A DNA stretch of 32,000 bases from Prochlorococcus sp. MIT 0801 (GCF_000757865.1 NZ_CP007754.1:840001-872000), one strand, 5' to 3'; positions 9,127 through 20,152 are shown, counted from the stretch's first letter. Notes: a model not told the origin generated them from the letters alone. Made by a program: numbers and translations.

Positions 9127-12100
9127 ATGGCTTTTGTTCCTATTCATAACCATAGTGACTACAGCCTTCTTGATGGAGCTAGTCAGCTTCCTTTGATGGT
9201 TCAAAGGGCAAAGGAATTGGGGATGCCAGCTCTAGCCCTGACTGATCATGGAGTAATGTATGGCGCGATTGAATTATTGAAGTTATGTAAGGCCGAAAAT
9301 ATAAAGCCAATTATTGGGAATGAGATGTACGTTATCAATGGTTCAATTGATGACCCTCAGCCCAAAAAAGAGAAAAGATACCATCTTGTTGTTGTTGCGA
9401 AAAATCAAATTGGTTATGAAAATCTTGTTAAATTAACGACACTTAGTCATTTAAATGGTGTTAGGGGAAGAGGGATCTTCTCAAGACCATGTATAGATAA
9501 GTCTTTATTTAAAAAATACAGTGAGGGATTAATTTGCTCAACAGCTTGCTTGGGTGGAGAAATCCCACAAGCTATTTTAAAAGGAAGAAATGATGTTGCT
9601 AGAGAAGTAGCCGCTTGGTACAAAGAAATTTTGGGTGATGATTTTTATCTAGAAATTCAAGATCATGGATCAATTGAGGATAGAATTGTTAATAGTGAAA
9701 TAGTCAAAATATCTGAAGAACTTGGTATCCAAATTATTGCTACTAATGATGCACATTATGTATCAAGTAATGATATTGAAGCTCATGATGCATTGATTTG
9801 TGTTTTGACTGGAAAATTAATAAGTGATCACAAAAGATTAAGATATACAGGTACTGAATATATTAAGTCTGAGCAGGAAATGAGAAGTCTATTTACTGAT
9901 CATATAGAAAATAATGTAATAAATAGTGCAATAGAAAATACAGTCAAACTATCAAACAAAGTAGAAGAATATACGATCTTAGGGAACTATAAGATGCCAA
10001 ATTTTCCTATACCTGATGGCTATAAACCAATCGAATATCTTAAAGAGATAACTATCAACGGTTTAAAAGAAATTTTAGATATTTCTAAGTTTGAAAATTT
10101 TCCAAGCTCTTATAAAGAAAGACTTGATTATGAGTTAAGCGTAATTGACCAAATGGGTTTTCCTACATATTTTCTTGTTGTATGGGATTATATAAGATTT
10201 GCAAGAGATAAAAATATTCCTGTAGGCCCTGGGAGGGGTTCAGCAGCTGGCTCTTTAGTCGCTTTTTCTCTTCATATAACTAATATTGACCCAGTAGAAA
10301 ATGGTTTGTTATTTGAAAGATTTCTCAATCCTGAGAGAAAGTCAATGCCTGATATTGATACTGATTTTTGTATTGAAAGACGTGGCGAAGTAATAGATTA
10401 TGTAACTAAAAAGTATGGTGAAGATAAAGTTGCACAGATAATTACATTTAACAGAATGACATCCAAGGCTGTTTTGAAAGATGTTGCTCGCGTACTTGAT
10501 ATTCCCTATGGGGATGCAGACCGCTTAGCGAAATTAATTCCAGTTGTAAGGGGTAAGCCTGCAAAATTGTCAGCTATGATTTCAAAAGATTCTCCTAATA
10601 AAGAATTCTATGAAAAATACAATAATGATTCAAAAGTAAAGAAATGGGTTGATATGGCAATGAGGATTGAAGGGACAAATAAGACTTTTGGTGTGCATGC
10701 AGCAGGTGTAGTTATTGCGGCTAATTCACTTGATAATTTAGTTCCTCTTCAAAGAAACAATGATGGACAAATAATCACTCAATATTTTATGGAAGATATT
10801 GAATCACTTGGTCTTTTGAAGATGGACTTTTTAGGACTTAGAAATCTTACAATGATCGAAAAGACAATCAATTTAGTTGAGAAATCAATTGGTAAGAGAT
10901 TAGATCCTGATTCTTTGCCTTTCACAGATGAAAAAACATTCGAACTACTTTCTAGGGGAGATTTAGAAGGGATTTTCCAACTTGAATCTAGTGGAATGAG
11001 GCAGATAGTAAAGGATTTAAAGCCCTCATCTCTTGAGGATATTTCTTCAATTCTTGCTCTTTATCGCCCAGGTCCTCTTGATGCAGGATTGATTCCTAAA
11101 TTTATAAATAGAAAACATGGAAAGGAGAGTATTGATTTTCAACATCATTCACTTGAACCTATTTTAAGTGAGACTTATGGAATCATGGTTTATCAAGAGC
11201 AGATCATGAAGATTGCTCAGGATTTAGCCGGATATTCACTTGGGCAAGCAGATTTATTGAGAAGGGCGATGGGTAAGAAAAAGGTATCCGAAATGCAGCG
11301 CCACAGAACCCTCTTTGTTGATGGAGCTGTTAAAAATGGCGTTACAGATGTCATCGCTGAACAGTTATTTGATCAAATGGTTTTATTTGCTGAATATTGC
11401 TTTAACAAAAGTCATTCAACTGCTTATGGTGCGGTTACTTATCAGACAGCTTATTTAAAAGCACATTATCCTGTTGCTTATATGGCGGCATTGCTTACAG
11501 TCAATGCTGGCTCGGTTGACAAGATTCAAAGATATATTTCCAACTGCAATTCAATGGGCATAAACGTAATGCCTCCAAATATCAATACTTCTGGTGTTGA
11601 TTTCACTCCAAAAGATAATTCAATTCTTTTTGGTTTTTCAGCTGTCAAAAATTTAGGAGATGGAGCAATTAGAAAGATTATTACCTCTAGAGATGAAGAT
11701 GGAGAATTTACCTCTTTAGCACACTTCTGTGATCGAATTTCACTTAGTTCTGTTAATCGAAGAGGACTCGAAGCTTTGATTCATAGTGGAGCACTTGATT
11801 GTCTTGATGAAAATGCAAATCGCGCGCAGCTTATTGCTGATTTGGATTTAACTATCGAATGGGCTTCTTCTAGAGCAAAAGATAGAACAAGCGGCCAAGG
11901 TAATCTTTTCGATCTTGTTACTTCAACAAATAATGAATCATCTCCAACTGATGATTATTTATCTGCTCCAAAGGCGAAGCAGGTCAACGAGTATCTTCCT
12001 TCAGACAAACTTAAATTAGAAAAAGAGCATGTTGGCTTCTATCTATCTGATCATCCTTTGAAGCAACTTTCAGAACCTGCAAAATTGATTGCTCCTATTA

Positions 12101-12645
12101 GCCTTGGTTCTTTAGAAGAGCAGAAAGATAAGTCCAAGGTCAGTGTCATAGCAATGATTCCAGAGATAAGAGAAGTCACAACTAGAAAAGGTGACAGGAT
12201 GGCTATTATTAAGCTCGAAGATTTAACTGGTTCTTGTGAAGCGGTTGTTTTTCCAAAAAGTTTTGAAAGATTATCTGATCATTTGATGATTGAAACGAGA
12301 TTATTGATATGGGGCAGCGTAGATAGGAGAGATGAAACTGTTCAATTGCTTATTGATGATTGTCGTGAAATTGATGACTTAAGATTTCTTTTGATTGATC
12401 TTCGTCCTGATCAAGCTACAGATATCAATATTCAGCATAAATTAAGAGAATGCCTTTCAAAAAACAGACCTGACAGAAATGAATTAGGTGTACGAATCCC
12501 TGTAGTAGCATGTCTCAAGGACAATAATAGTACTAGGTATGTAAGATTGGGTGATCAATTTTGCGTTAAGGATACTGATCGAGCTTTGGATTCACTGTCT
12601 AAGAATTCCTTCATTGCAAGATCAAGTAAAAGTCTTGTGATTTAA
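9127..12645 (+). CDS. dnaE: DNA polymerase III alpha subunit, contiguous (no intein)
   Basis: PHP domain start [18 protein letters not shown], pol III alpha core ([36 protein letters not shown]) and OB-fold C-terminus. The ATG at 9127 is preferred over the GTG at 9118 used by the ORF track. Confidence 0.95.
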   Translation: MAFVPIHNHSDYSLLDGASQLPLMVQRAKELGMPALALTDHGVMYGAIELLKLCKAENIKPIIGNEMYVINGSIDDPQPKKEKRYHLVVVAKNQIGYENLVKLTTLSHLNGVRGRGIFSRPCIDKSLFKKYSEGLICSTACLGGEIPQAILKGRNDVAREVAAWYKEILGDDFYLEIQDHGSIEDRIVNSEIVKISEELGIQIIATNDAHYVSSNDIEAHDALICVLTGKLISDHKRLRYTGTEYIKSEQEMRSLFTDHIENNVINSAIENTVKLSNKVEEYTILGNYKMPNFPIPDGYKPIEYLKEITINGLKEILDISKFENFPSSYKERLDYELSVIDQMGFPTYFLVVWDYIRFARDKNIPVGPGRGSAAGSLVAFSLHITNIDPVENGLLFERFLNPERKSMPDIDTDFCIERRGEVIDYVTKKYGEDKVAQIITFNRMTSKAVLKDVARVLDIPYGDADRLAKLIPVVRGKPAKLSAMISKDSPNKEFYEKYNNDSKVKKWVDMAMRIEGTNKTFGVHAAGVVIAANSLDNLVPLQRNNDGQIITQYFMEDIESLGLLKMDFLGLRNLTMIEKTINLVEKSIGKRLDPDSLPFTDEKTFELLSRGDLEGIFQLESSGMRQIVKDLKPSSLEDISSILALYRPGPLDAGLIPKFINRKHGKESIDFQHHSLEPILSETYGIMVYQEQIMKIAQDLAGYSLGQADLLRRAMGKKKVSEMQRHRTLFVDGAVKNGVTDVIAEQLFDQMVLFAEYCFNKSHSTAYGAVTYQTAYLKAHYPVAYMAALLTVNAGSVDKIQRYISNCNSMGINVMPPNINTSGVDFTPKDNSILFGFSAVKNLGDGAIRKIITSRDEDGEFTSLAHFCDRISLSSVNRRGLEALIHSGALDCLDENANRAQLIADLDLTIEWASSRAKDRTSGQGNLFDLVTSTNNESSPTDDYLSAPKAKQVNEYLPSDKLKLEKEHVGFYLSDHPLKQLSEPAKLIAPISLGSLEEQKDKSKVSVIAMIPEIREVTTRKGDRMAIIKLEDLTGSCEAVVFPKSFERLSDHLMIETRLLIWGSVDRRDETVQLLIDDCREIDDLRFLLIDLRPDQATDINIQHKLRECLSKNRPDRNELGVRIPVVACLKDNNSTRYVRLGDQFCVKDTDRALDSLSKNSFIARSSKSLVI

Positions 12646-12654
12646 ATTTTATTT

Positions 12655-13095
12655 TTAACTAGAAATATCTGCTTGACTTGTTTTGAATGCATCTTTCATC
12701 CTTTTTATGTTTGGCTTTATGTTTTCAAAGCCAAGAAAACTTCCTGGATTTAAATCCCAACTCGCTGAGAGTATTCCATAACTTAACCCTAATAAGCCTA
12801 CAAGGAAACAAAGCGCTGAACTTACAAGAGTGAGTGTTGGAGATATTTCAGCAATACCTTTGCTTATTAAAAAATAACTCCCAATAAATACGCCCATGCC
12901 ACTTAGCGTTGGAATACCTGTGGTAAAAGCTATTCTTCTTGCCATTCTATTTGCAACATAGCTTGGTATTCCTGATTTCTTGATAGTACTTTTTGCAAAT
13001 TTTTTAGAAACTATTTTTGGAGCCGAGTTATTGCTGGAAAAACCTATTTTGACTTCTTTGGGTTGGTCCTTTTTGTTCTTTTTCGAACCTTTCAT
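12655..13095 (-). CDS. PAM68-like (DUF3464) thylakoid membrane protein, putative photosystem II assembly factor
   Basis: Basic N-terminus, then IPSYVANRMARRIAFTTGIPTLSGMGVF and two TM helices. The layout recalls cyanobacterial Sll0933/PAM68. Family assignment is from memory. Confidence 0.55.
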   Translation of the reverse strand: MKGSKKNKKDQPKEVKIGFSSNNSAPKIVSKKFAKSTIKKSGIPSYVANRMARRIAFTTGIPTLSGMGVFIGSYFLISKGIAEISPTLTLVSSALCFLVGLLGLSYGILSASWDLNPGSFLGFENIKPNIKRMKDAFKTSQADISS

Positions 13096-13122
13096 TAGCT
13101 TTAAGTAGTCTAATAACAGTAA

Positions 13123-13392
13123 TTATCCTCTAATAGCTAATTTTTCTATGAGCTCTGTATATCTTTTTTCACTTTTGGTTTTTACGTAACCTAAAAGTCT
13201 TTTTCTTTGTCCAATCATTTTGAGCAAGCCTTGTCTTGAGGAGAAATCATGTATGTTGCCCTGAAGATGTGTGCTTAATTTTGAGATCCTAGTAGTAAGC
13301 ATCGCAACTTGAACTTCTACTGAACCAGTATCAGTTGGATGTACTTGATGTGTGTTGATTAGATTTTGTTTCTCTTCTGTGCTAAGTGACAT
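13123..13392 (-). CDS. rpsO: 30S ribosomal protein S15
   Basis: [43 protein letters not shown]...QRKRLLGYV is canonical S15. The internal ATG giving 89 aa was chosen instead of the 107-aa ORF-track start. Confidence 0.9.
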   Translation of the reverse strand: MSLSTEEKQNLINTHQVHPTDTGSVEVQVAMLTTRISKLSTHLQGNIHDFSSRQGLLKMIGQRKRLLGYVKTKSEKRYTELIEKLAIRG

Positions 13393-13442
13393 TTGTTTAG
13401 CTTTTCTTTTATATCTATTGTAATTTAATCCCTTACCTTCTA

Positions 13443-14117
13443 TCAAGTACTCTTTTCACTCAATTTCATAAGAATCTCTTTGAGATGTTTATCCATTTGC
13501 TCTGCCTTTTCTTCTGCAGTTAGGGAATTTAATAAGGAAGAATTTTCTTTTTCGTTTGTTGTTATTATTTTGATTGAATCTTTTATTTCATTATCTACAT
13601 ATCCAAGTGAACTTAGAATTAAATATATTTCATCTATATATTTAGAAAATTGATTAGGCTCTATGTCTTTTTTGTCGTAATGACTTGTAATATCGTTATC
13701 TGTAAATCTTTGAAGTTTGTTTCTTAGCTCAACTATTAATCTCTCTGCGATTCGCTTACCTATACCTTGCGTTTTAGTTAATAAATTAGATTCTTTATTT
13801 TCTATTGCATTAACTAATTGAGTAACCCCAAAGTCTTCTAGTAATGCCATTCCTATTTGTGGACCTATTCCATTTACACTGATAATCTCACGAAATAAAT
13901 CTCTTTGATTAACATCTATAAAACCATATAAACTTGTGCCATCATCACGATCTATTTTGTGAATCCATAATTCAATCTCATTAGAATCTTCTTCTTTACA
14001 TAATTGTGTTGGTAATAATTGTATTTCATAACCAACTCCACCAACATTTAGAACAATTCCTTTTTTAGAGGATATTTTCCAAGTATGAATTATTTCACCT
14101 TTTAACCAGCTAATCAT
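13443..14117 (-). CDS. ruvA: Holliday junction branch-migration complex subunit RuvA
   Basis: MISWLKGEI...[11 protein letters not shown]...LYGF, and helix-hairpin-helix motifs [15 protein letters not shown] and [19 protein letters not shown]. Confidence 0.88.
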   Translation of the reverse strand: MISWLKGEIIHTWKISSKKGIVLNVGGVGYEIQLLPTQLCKEEDSNEIELWIHKIDRDDGTSLYGFIDVNQRDLFREIISVNGIGPQIGMALLEDFGVTQLVNAIENKESNLLTKTQGIGKRIAERLIVELRNKLQRFTDNDITSHYDKKDIEPNQFSKYIDEIYLILSSLGYVDNEIKDSIKIITTNEKENSSLLNSLTAEEKAEQMDKHLKEILMKLSEKST

Positions 14118-14156
14118 TATTTATTTTGATTGAATTTCAGAGTATTAAAAATATAC

Positions 14157-14543
14157 TCAACCACCATCAATCTCACATCCAACGATTGAACCCCCTACTA
14201 GACCAGCAGGAATTGCCCACCAACGATCTTTTCCTCTGGATATGGCGGTGGCAAAGCCAGCTCCTAAAATACCTCCTGCAATTTTGCCTTCAGAGCAATC
14301 ATTTTTATCAACTTCTTTGTATTTGATTATTGACCCTTCACCTGGGCATGGGACTTCCACCGTTTCCTCCCATTTTTTGACATATCCAGGATCATTTCTT
14401 GTTCCTGGAATATATTCTTCTCTGTATTCGTTTCTCGTACAAGTTCTACTTGATGAGTAACCTCTCTGAAACTCATCTGCAAGTATCGATGTTGATCCAG
14501 TGCAAATAAAAACTATTGAAAGAATTAGAGATTTACAATTCAT
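14157..14543 (-). CDS. Secreted/outer-membrane-type protein with a C-terminal glycine-zipper (17-kDa-antigen-like) domain
   Basis: N-terminal signal peptide MNCKSLILSIVFICTGSTSILA. C-terminal GGILGAGFATAISRG...AGLVGGSIVG glycine-zipper repeat. Its ATG overlaps the stop of the upstream EamA gene (ATGA). Confidence 0.6.
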   Translation of the reverse strand: MNCKSLILSIVFICTGSTSILADEFQRGYSSSRTCTRNEYREEYIPGTRNDPGYVKKWEETVEVPCPGEGSIIKYKEVDKNDCSEGKIAGGILGAGFATAISRGKDRWWAIPAGLVGGSIVGCEIDGG

Positions 14544-15448
14544 ATTTTTGCTTGTGTCGTTTTAGATGCACTTATACTAATAATAGTGGAAATAAGGACG
14601 CAAAAACCACCTACGTAAACTGAACTTGTTATTGTTTCTTGGAATATAAACACTCCCCATATACTTGCAAAGATAACTTGGGAATAATTTAGGGAAGTTG
14701 CTTGACCAGCAGGAAGCAGGGTTAATCCCTCTGTTATGAAAAGTTGACCAATCTGTGTAAAAATACCAATACCTATTATCCAAAACCAATCTGTTCCCGT
14801 TGGTAATACAAAATCATTAATAACAAAAGGTATAGATAAAGGGATAGAAACCAATGGAAAGTAGTAAATAATAACAAGAGGGTGTTCTATTGAAGAAAGC
14901 TTTCTTACACATATATAAGCTAATGATGTCATCAATGCGCCAAATATTGCAATGATTATTGCTAATATTGTTTCTTTAATATTATTGTTACTTGTTAATT
15001 CTGGTTGACTAACTAAAACAATTCCTATCCAACCAATAATGATTGAATATACTATTCTCCTTGATATAAATTCTTTTAATATTATGTATGCACTTATCAC
15101 TGTAAAAGTAGGATAAATGTATTGTATTACTGTTGCTGTTGCTATGGGTAATATTACTAGGGCTTTGAAGATACAAAATAGTGCAAGTGAGCCTAGTAAT
15201 CCCCTCATGATTAATAGTCTTTTCTGATATCCCCAGGGGTTGATTTTATTTTTATATAAGAAGAATCTTGTTATTATTATACTGATAGTAGCCCTAGCCA
15301 AAACAAGTTCTGAAATAGGTATTCTTCCTCCAATAGCCTTAACACAAACACTCATTAGGCTAAATGCCAAACCACTTCCTATTAAAAATCTGATACCTTT
15401 TAAATTCTTTTCTAATTTAAATTTATCTATAAGTAGTTTTTTTCTCAA
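14540..15448 (-). CDS. EamA/DMT-superfamily transporter (10 TM)
   Basis: 302 aa made of two repeated five-TM EamA-like halves. The ORF begins with TTG at 15448; the next ATG would delete TM1. Confidence 0.78.
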   Translation of the reverse strand: MRKKLLIDKFKLEKNLKGIRFLIGSGLAFSLMSVCVKAIGGRIPISELVLARATISIIITRFFLYKNKINPWGYQKRLLIMRGLLGSLALFCIFKALVILPIATATVIQYIYPTFTVISAYIILKEFISRRIVYSIIIGWIGIVLVSQPELTSNNNIKETILAIIIAIFGALMTSLAYICVRKLSSIEHPLVIIYYFPLVSIPLSIPFVINDFVLPTGTDWFWIIGIGIFTQIGQLFITEGLTLLPAGQATSLNYSQVIFASIWGVFIFQETITSSVYVGGFCVLISTIISISASKTTQAKI

Positions 15449-15496
15449 TTTCTAAATCTCTTAACTAAATACTTAAACATGAATTAAAATTATCAT

Positions 15497-17524
15497 ATGG
15501 CTTCTGCTCGACTACATCCTAGGACAATTGAGTCTGTCAAAGAGCGTGTGGATATTGTTGATGTAGTTGGTGAACATGTTGTCTTAAAGAAAAAAGGTAA
15601 AGAATATGTTGGAATATGTCCTTTTCATGATGATAGTAAACCTTCAATGTCAGTAATTCCTGGAAAGCAATTTTATTATTGTTTTTCCTGTGGAGCTGGT
15701 GGAAATGCCATTAAATTTTTAATGGAGTTTCAGAGACAAAGTTTTAGCGATGTTGTTCTTGAACTGGCTAAAAAATATCAAGTACCTATAGACACAGTTG
15801 AAGGGCCTCAACAAGAAAGACTTAAGCAACAGCTCTCACGTAGAGATACCCTTTATCGTATCTTGAAAATTGCTACTGGTTGGTTTAGAAATCAATTAAA
15901 TTCTCCCTGTGGAGAAAATGCGCTTAACTATCTTAAGAAAAAACGTCGTTTGAGTGATGGTACTTTAATCAATTTTGAGCTTGGATTTGCACCAGATAAT
16001 TGGGACTCATTACTCAAATATTTTGTAGATATTGAAAAAGTCAGTGTTGAAATTCTTGAATCTGCTGGATTAATTGTTCCTCGAAAGGGTGGGAATGGTT
16101 TCTACGACAGATTTCGCAATCGTATAATTGTTCCTATTCACGACAGGCAAAAAAGAGTTATTGGTTTCGGAGGAAGAAGTCTTGATGGTTCAGAACCCAA
16201 GTATTTAAATTCACCTGAGACTGAAATCTTTGAAAAGGGTAAAAATCTTTTTGGTTTAGATAAATCAGCTCTTTCCATTAGGAAAAATGATTATGCAGTT
16301 GTAGTAGAAGGATATTTTGATGTGATGGCACTCCATGATTCTGGTATTACTAATGTTGTCGCCTCTTTGGGAACAGCACTAAGTCGAAATCAATTAACGC
16401 TTCTCTCTCGTGCTACCGATGGGAAAAAGATCCTTTTAAATTTCGACGCTGATAATGCTGGAATTCGTGCAGCTAATAGAGCTATTAGCGAGGTAGAAAA
16501 CCTTGCTATTCAAGGTCAACTAGATTTAAGAGTCCTTCAATTACCTTCAGGCAAAGATCCAGATGAGTTCCTTAAGGACAATTCTCCATCCGAATATGAA
16601 GCATTAGCGGCAAAAGCACCTCTTTGGATGGATTGGCAAATTGATCAATCTATGAAGGATTTAGATTTAAGTAAATCTGATCAATTTCAGGAAGCCGTTA
16701 GCAACTTGGTAAGCCTTCTTGGAAAGTTACCTCAAACGGCGATAAGAACCCATTATCTGCAGAAGGTTGCTCAGCGTCTTAGTGGAGGTCAAGCTAGATT
16801 TGCTCTTCAACTAGAGGAAGATTTACGTAATCAAATTAGTGGTCAGAGATGGCACGGACGCTCTAAGAAGATTGATAAACCTCAAGAAATTAGTCTTAGA
16901 GAAAGGAGTGAGGCAGATATACTTTTTACTTATATACATTGTCCTAATTATAGATCTCTTATTCGTTATGAACTTCGTCTAAGGGACTTAGATGATTTTG
17001 CAATTAATCATCATCGTGCAATATGGTCTACTATAAGTAACATTGAGGAAAATAAGTTTGGTACTGAAATTGTTGAGAAGATAAATCGTTGTAATGATTC
17101 TAATAATATTTTAGCTGATGTTGATTTAATTAAAAACTTGTTAGATAGCTTTCTATCCAATAATAATGAACATCTTCCTAAACTTACTCCTTTTCTAGAG
17201 GCTAATGAGCTTCGCTTGGCAACACTAATTGATCCCGAATCTTTCATTCGTGGAGCTCTCGCCGCTCTTGAAAAGCAAAAATCTTTAAAACGTTGTAGAC
17301 ATTTGATTGATGCATGGAGTACTCAACGTTTACAAACTCTTGAAAACTGTATTGCCTCTCTTATTGTTCGAGAAAATTCTGAGCCTAGTGATTCAACTGA
17401 TATGGAGCAGAAGGTTATTAACATGTTTGAAGAATTAAATAATGATGCTATAAATTTTCAGCAACTTTACTACGCTGAGAGAAAACATATATTAAATTTA
17501 GATCAACAACGATGTTATAAATAA
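15497..17524 (+). CDS. dnaG: DNA primase
   Basis: Zinc finger CPFHDDSKPSMSV...YYCFSCGAGGNAI, RNA-polymerase core and TOPRIM (VVEGYFDVMAL, NFDADNAG). Confidence 0.93.
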   Translation: MASARLHPRTIESVKERVDIVDVVGEHVVLKKKGKEYVGICPFHDDSKPSMSVIPGKQFYYCFSCGAGGNAIKFLMEFQRQSFSDVVLELAKKYQVPIDTVEGPQQERLKQQLSRRDTLYRILKIATGWFRNQLNSPCGENALNYLKKKRRLSDGTLINFELGFAPDNWDSLLKYFVDIEKVSVEILESAGLIVPRKGGNGFYDRFRNRIIVPIHDRQKRVIGFGGRSLDGSEPKYLNSPETEIFEKGKNLFGLDKSALSIRKNDYAVVVEGYFDVMALHDSGITNVVASLGTALSRNQLTLLSRATDGKKILLNFDADNAGIRAANRAISEVENLAIQGQLDLRVLQLPSGKDPDEFLKDNSPSEYEALAAKAPLWMDWQIDQSMKDLDLSKSDQFQEAVSNLVSLLGKLPQTAIRTHYLQKVAQRLSGGQARFALQLEEDLRNQISGQRWHGRSKKIDKPQEISLRERSEADILFTYIHCPNYRSLIRYELRLRDLDDFAINHHRAIWSTISNIEENKFGTEIVEKINRCNDSNNILADVDLIKNLLDSFLSNNNEHLPKLTPFLEANELRLATLIDPESFIRGALAALEKQKSLKRCRHLIDAWSTQRLQTLENCIASLIVRENSEPSDSTDMEQKVINMFEELNNDAINFQQLYYAERKHILNLDQQRCYK

Positions 17525-17544
17525 TTATATATGTTTTTTTATTA

Positions 17545-17844
17545 ATGAAAAATATCACATCTTTTAATTTTGATCAATGTTCTTTATCTAATGATCTTTG
17601 GTTGGATTTTATTAATAAAATTGGATTTATTAAAGCAAATTTAGCTGTCCAACAATCTCTCGATCTTCAGAGAATGCAGGGATCGACCTCCACTATACCT
17701 CTCCTTATTCTTGAAACATGTGGAACTGCTCTGGTGAATTCTCAAGCTGTTAAGACTTATATTGGCCTTTCATCTTTGGAGCAAGGAATGGTTTTGATTT
17801 TCAGTAGTAAATTAAACTCTGTTCAATTACTTAGAGAAAATTGA
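17545..17844 (+). CDS. Hypothetical protein (99 aa)
   Basis: ATG ORF 20 nt after the dnaG stop, with coding-like composition. No motif recognised. Confidence 0.4.
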   Translation: MKNITSFNFDQCSLSNDLWLDFINKIGFIKANLAVQQSLDLQRMQGSTSTIPLLILETCGTALVNSQAVKTYIGLSSLEQGMVLIFSSKLNSVQLLREN

Positions 17845-17857
17845 TATAACTTAAATA

Positions 17858-18316
17858 TTATAGACAATATTTTCTCAATTCATTTTTTATTAATTTTGGT
17901 TTATCTTCTAATATATATGCTTGTCTTTCTTTTTCTTCCTCTCCAGATATTCTCATAGATCCATGTAAAGCATTGATCTTCGAAGGGTTGATTGATTGTT
18001 TTCCTTCTATTTTTAACAAGTTTCCATCATTACATTCTTGCGCAACATGAACAGATTCATGCCTGAAAGCTTTTTTTATACGTAAGGCTGTCCTTTCATA
18101 AATATCCTTTTTGTTCATTTTTAGAATTGTATACCCCTCTTTTTTTTTTGCGTTACTTGTACAAATGACTATTTCTTTTTTTTTCTTAATTAAAAAACCA
18201 GCATAGTTTTTACCTAATAAACACAGTTTTGTGTTTTCTGCTGTTTCATATCCTGCTTTTTCAACTATTTGTAGTATTTCTACTTCTATTTTATCTAAAA
18301 AATCTATGAACTCCAT
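17858..18316 (-). CDS. Hypothetical small protein with HExxH motif (putative minimal zinc metallopeptidase)
   Basis: ORF on the same strand as umuDC and downstream of it. Motif FRHESVHVAQEC is preceded by AGFLIKKKKEIVICTSN. The ORF-track start at 18334 is TTG, so the ATG at 18316 (MEFIDFL..., 152 aa) is preferred. Confidence 0.5.
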   Translation of the reverse strand: MEFIDFLDKIEVEILQIVEKAGYETAENTKLCLLGKNYAGFLIKKKKEIVICTSNAKKKEGYTILKMNKKDIYERTALRIKKAFRHESVHVAQECNDGNLLKIEGKQSINPSKINALHGSMRISGEEEKERQAYILEDKPKLIKNELRKYCL

Positions 18317-18413
18317 TATCTTTATATTTTCCAATTATTATTCATTTTAATTTACTATAAATTAATGCTTTATTTGTAATATGTAGCATCATTGTTAAAT
18401 ATTATACTAACTC

Positions 18414-19691
18414 CTAATTAGCATGTATAGTTGGAATATTTTCCATATTTGTTGTTTTTATACTAGATAGTTTTTTTCTTCGTGGTGTCCATTCTTTATC
18501 CATCATTGTTGATCCCCAATTTATTGTATCTATACCATTTTTCGAATTAATATTATCTATTACATTATCCAGCCTCTGTAAATATAGTTCTTCTTTAATA
18601 TTCTGTGCATCAAATATTAGGCTTTGTTTATATTGATTGCTTTGAAGTTTATGCAATATTACACCAGCTTTTATAAATTTCTTATATGGTTTAAAAATTT
18701 CTTTTGTTAGTAATAGACTTTTTTCAATCATGATCTTTGAGTTAGAAGTTGGAACGCTTATTTTTTGTGTTGCTTCACTCCTAAAAAAATCTTTTGAATG
18801 AGTATTTGTATTCGTAAAAACCGTAATAGCTGAAGATAGTTGATTATGTTTTCGCAACTTAGCACTTGCGATTAAAACGTATTTAATAATTGCTTGGCTC
18901 AAATCATCTAAGCTATCTATGGGGTACGAAAAACTCCTGCTTACGCATATTTCTTTTCGATCTAATGAGGTCTCTTTTATAGGGATACAGAGCTTTCCTT
19001 TTAATTCATTTTGAATGCGTAGACCAACTACACCATACTTTCCTTTGATTTGTTCGCTTGACATATCTCTAAGTTCTCTCGCATTAGCTATGCCTCTGTC
19101 TTTTAGCCATTTAGACATCCTTTTGCCGATACCCCAAACTTTATCTACATTAATTAGATCAAGATAATGATCTTTATTTTCAACAAGACCTATATCAAAT
19201 ATACCTGAATTCGTTTGTATCTTTTTTGCTAGATGATTAGAAATTTTTGATAGAACTTTTGTCTCACCAATACCAATAGATATTGGTATTCCTATGTTTT
19301 GATAAACCAAAGCTCGTAAATCTTTTCCCCATTTGTATAAGCACTTTTCTTTTGGACGTTTTATAGTTCCAAATGCTTCATCTATAGAGTAAATTTCCAG
19401 TTCTTCACAATTTTTTCTTAGTAGCTGCATTAATCGATTACTGGTATCACCGTACAGTTCGTAATTTGAACTTCTCACATTTATATTTAATTGATTTAAT
19501 TTATTCTTTAACTTGAAATAAGGTTGTCCCATAGGAATCCCCATTCTTCTAGCCTCTGAACTGCGAGCTATTATGCATCCATCATTATTTGAAAGTACCA
19601 CTAATCCCTTTCCTTTTACGGAAGGATCGATCATTTGTTCACACGAAGCATAGAAATTATTCCCATCAATTTGAAGTATTACTTTGGACAT
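18414..19691 (-). CDS. umuC: DNA polymerase V catalytic subunit (Y-family translesion polymerase)
   Basis: The N-terminus ILQIDGNNFYASCEQ...VVLSNNDGCIIARSSEARRMGIPMGQPYF closely parallels E. coli UmuC. Catalytic SIDEAF and the HhH motif KVWGIGKR are present. Confidence 0.9.
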   Translation of the reverse strand: MSKVILQIDGNNFYASCEQMIDPSVKGKGLVVLSNNDGCIIARSSEARRMGIPMGQPYFKLKNKLNQLNINVRSSNYELYGDTSNRLMQLLRKNCEELEIYSIDEAFGTIKRPKEKCLYKWGKDLRALVYQNIGIPISIGIGETKVLSKISNHLAKKIQTNSGIFDIGLVENKDHYLDLINVDKVWGIGKRMSKWLKDRGIANARELRDMSSEQIKGKYGVVGLRIQNELKGKLCIPIKETSLDRKEICVSRSFSYPIDSLDDLSQAIIKYVLIASAKLRKHNQLSSAITVFTNTNTHSKDFFRSEATQKISVPTSNSKIMIEKSLLLTKEIFKPYKKFIKAGVILHKLQSNQYKQSLIFDAQNIKEELYLQRLDNVIDNINSKNGIDTINWGSTMMDKEWTPRRKKLSSIKTTNMENIPTIHAN

Positions 19692-19693
19692 AA

Positions 19694-20140
19694 TTAGACT
19701 TTTGATTGCTGTAATTCATGTATCGAATAAATCGCTACTCCCCATATTTGTATATCTATATATTCATATAAGTTTATTGCTGGATAATTTTCTTTATCTG
19801 CTTTTAGATAATAACTATCTTGCTTTTTGATAAGTCTTTTTAATGTGAATTCTCCATCCAAGAGAGCAACTACAATATGTCCAGGATTTGGGTTTATACT
19901 GCGATCTATTATTAATAAATCGTTGTTATAAATTCCTGCGTTATTCATTGAATTGCCGCTTACACGTAGAAAGAACGTACTTATTGGATTCTTGATTAAG
20001 TATTTGTTTAGATCGATACCGAGCTCTATGTAGTCTTCCGCAGGAGAAGGAAAACCTGCAGAAATAGTTTCTTTTACTAATGGAATTAATAGTGACGACA
20101 AACCTTCCTTTGATAAAGAGCAAGAGCGATTTGAACCCAT
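19694..20140 (-). CDS. umuD: DNA polymerase V accessory subunit, LexA-like S24 self-cleaving peptidase
   Basis: SAGFPSPAEDYIE..IDLN..LI..P..TFF..VSGNSM (Ala-Gly cleavage site, catalytic Ser) and GEFTLKRL (catalytic Lys) parallel E. coli UmuD. The stop lies 2 nt before the umuC ATG. Confidence 0.88.
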   Translation of the reverse strand: MGSNRSCSLSKEGLSSLLIPLVKETISAGFPSPAEDYIELGIDLNKYLIKNPISTFFLRVSGNSMNNAGIYNNDLLIIDRSINPNPGHIVVALLDGEFTLKRLIKKQDSYYLKADKENYPAINLYEYIDIQIWGVAIYSIHELQQSKV

Positions 20141-20152
20141 AGACCCAAACCA

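Noticed and set aside
9127-12645. Possible split or intein-containing dnaE, as in Synechocystis and Nostoc
   Set aside because: The ORF is contiguous at about 1172 aa with no insertion near the usual split site and no intein block motifs seen. It is an ordinary intein-free dnaE.
13393-13446. 18-codon N-terminal extension of rpsO overlapping the ruvA stop
   Set aside because: S15 proteins are about 89 aa and begin near MSL..E.K. The internal ATG at 13392 reproduces this.
14126-14460. Two plus-strand ORFs (66 and 72 aa) overlapping the glycine-zipper gene, plus ORFs at 14577-14789 and 15240-15455 overlapping the EamA gene
   Set aside because: These are alternative-frame or antisense artefacts. 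The minus-strand genes have clear signal-peptide/glycine-zipper and 10-TM transporter features.
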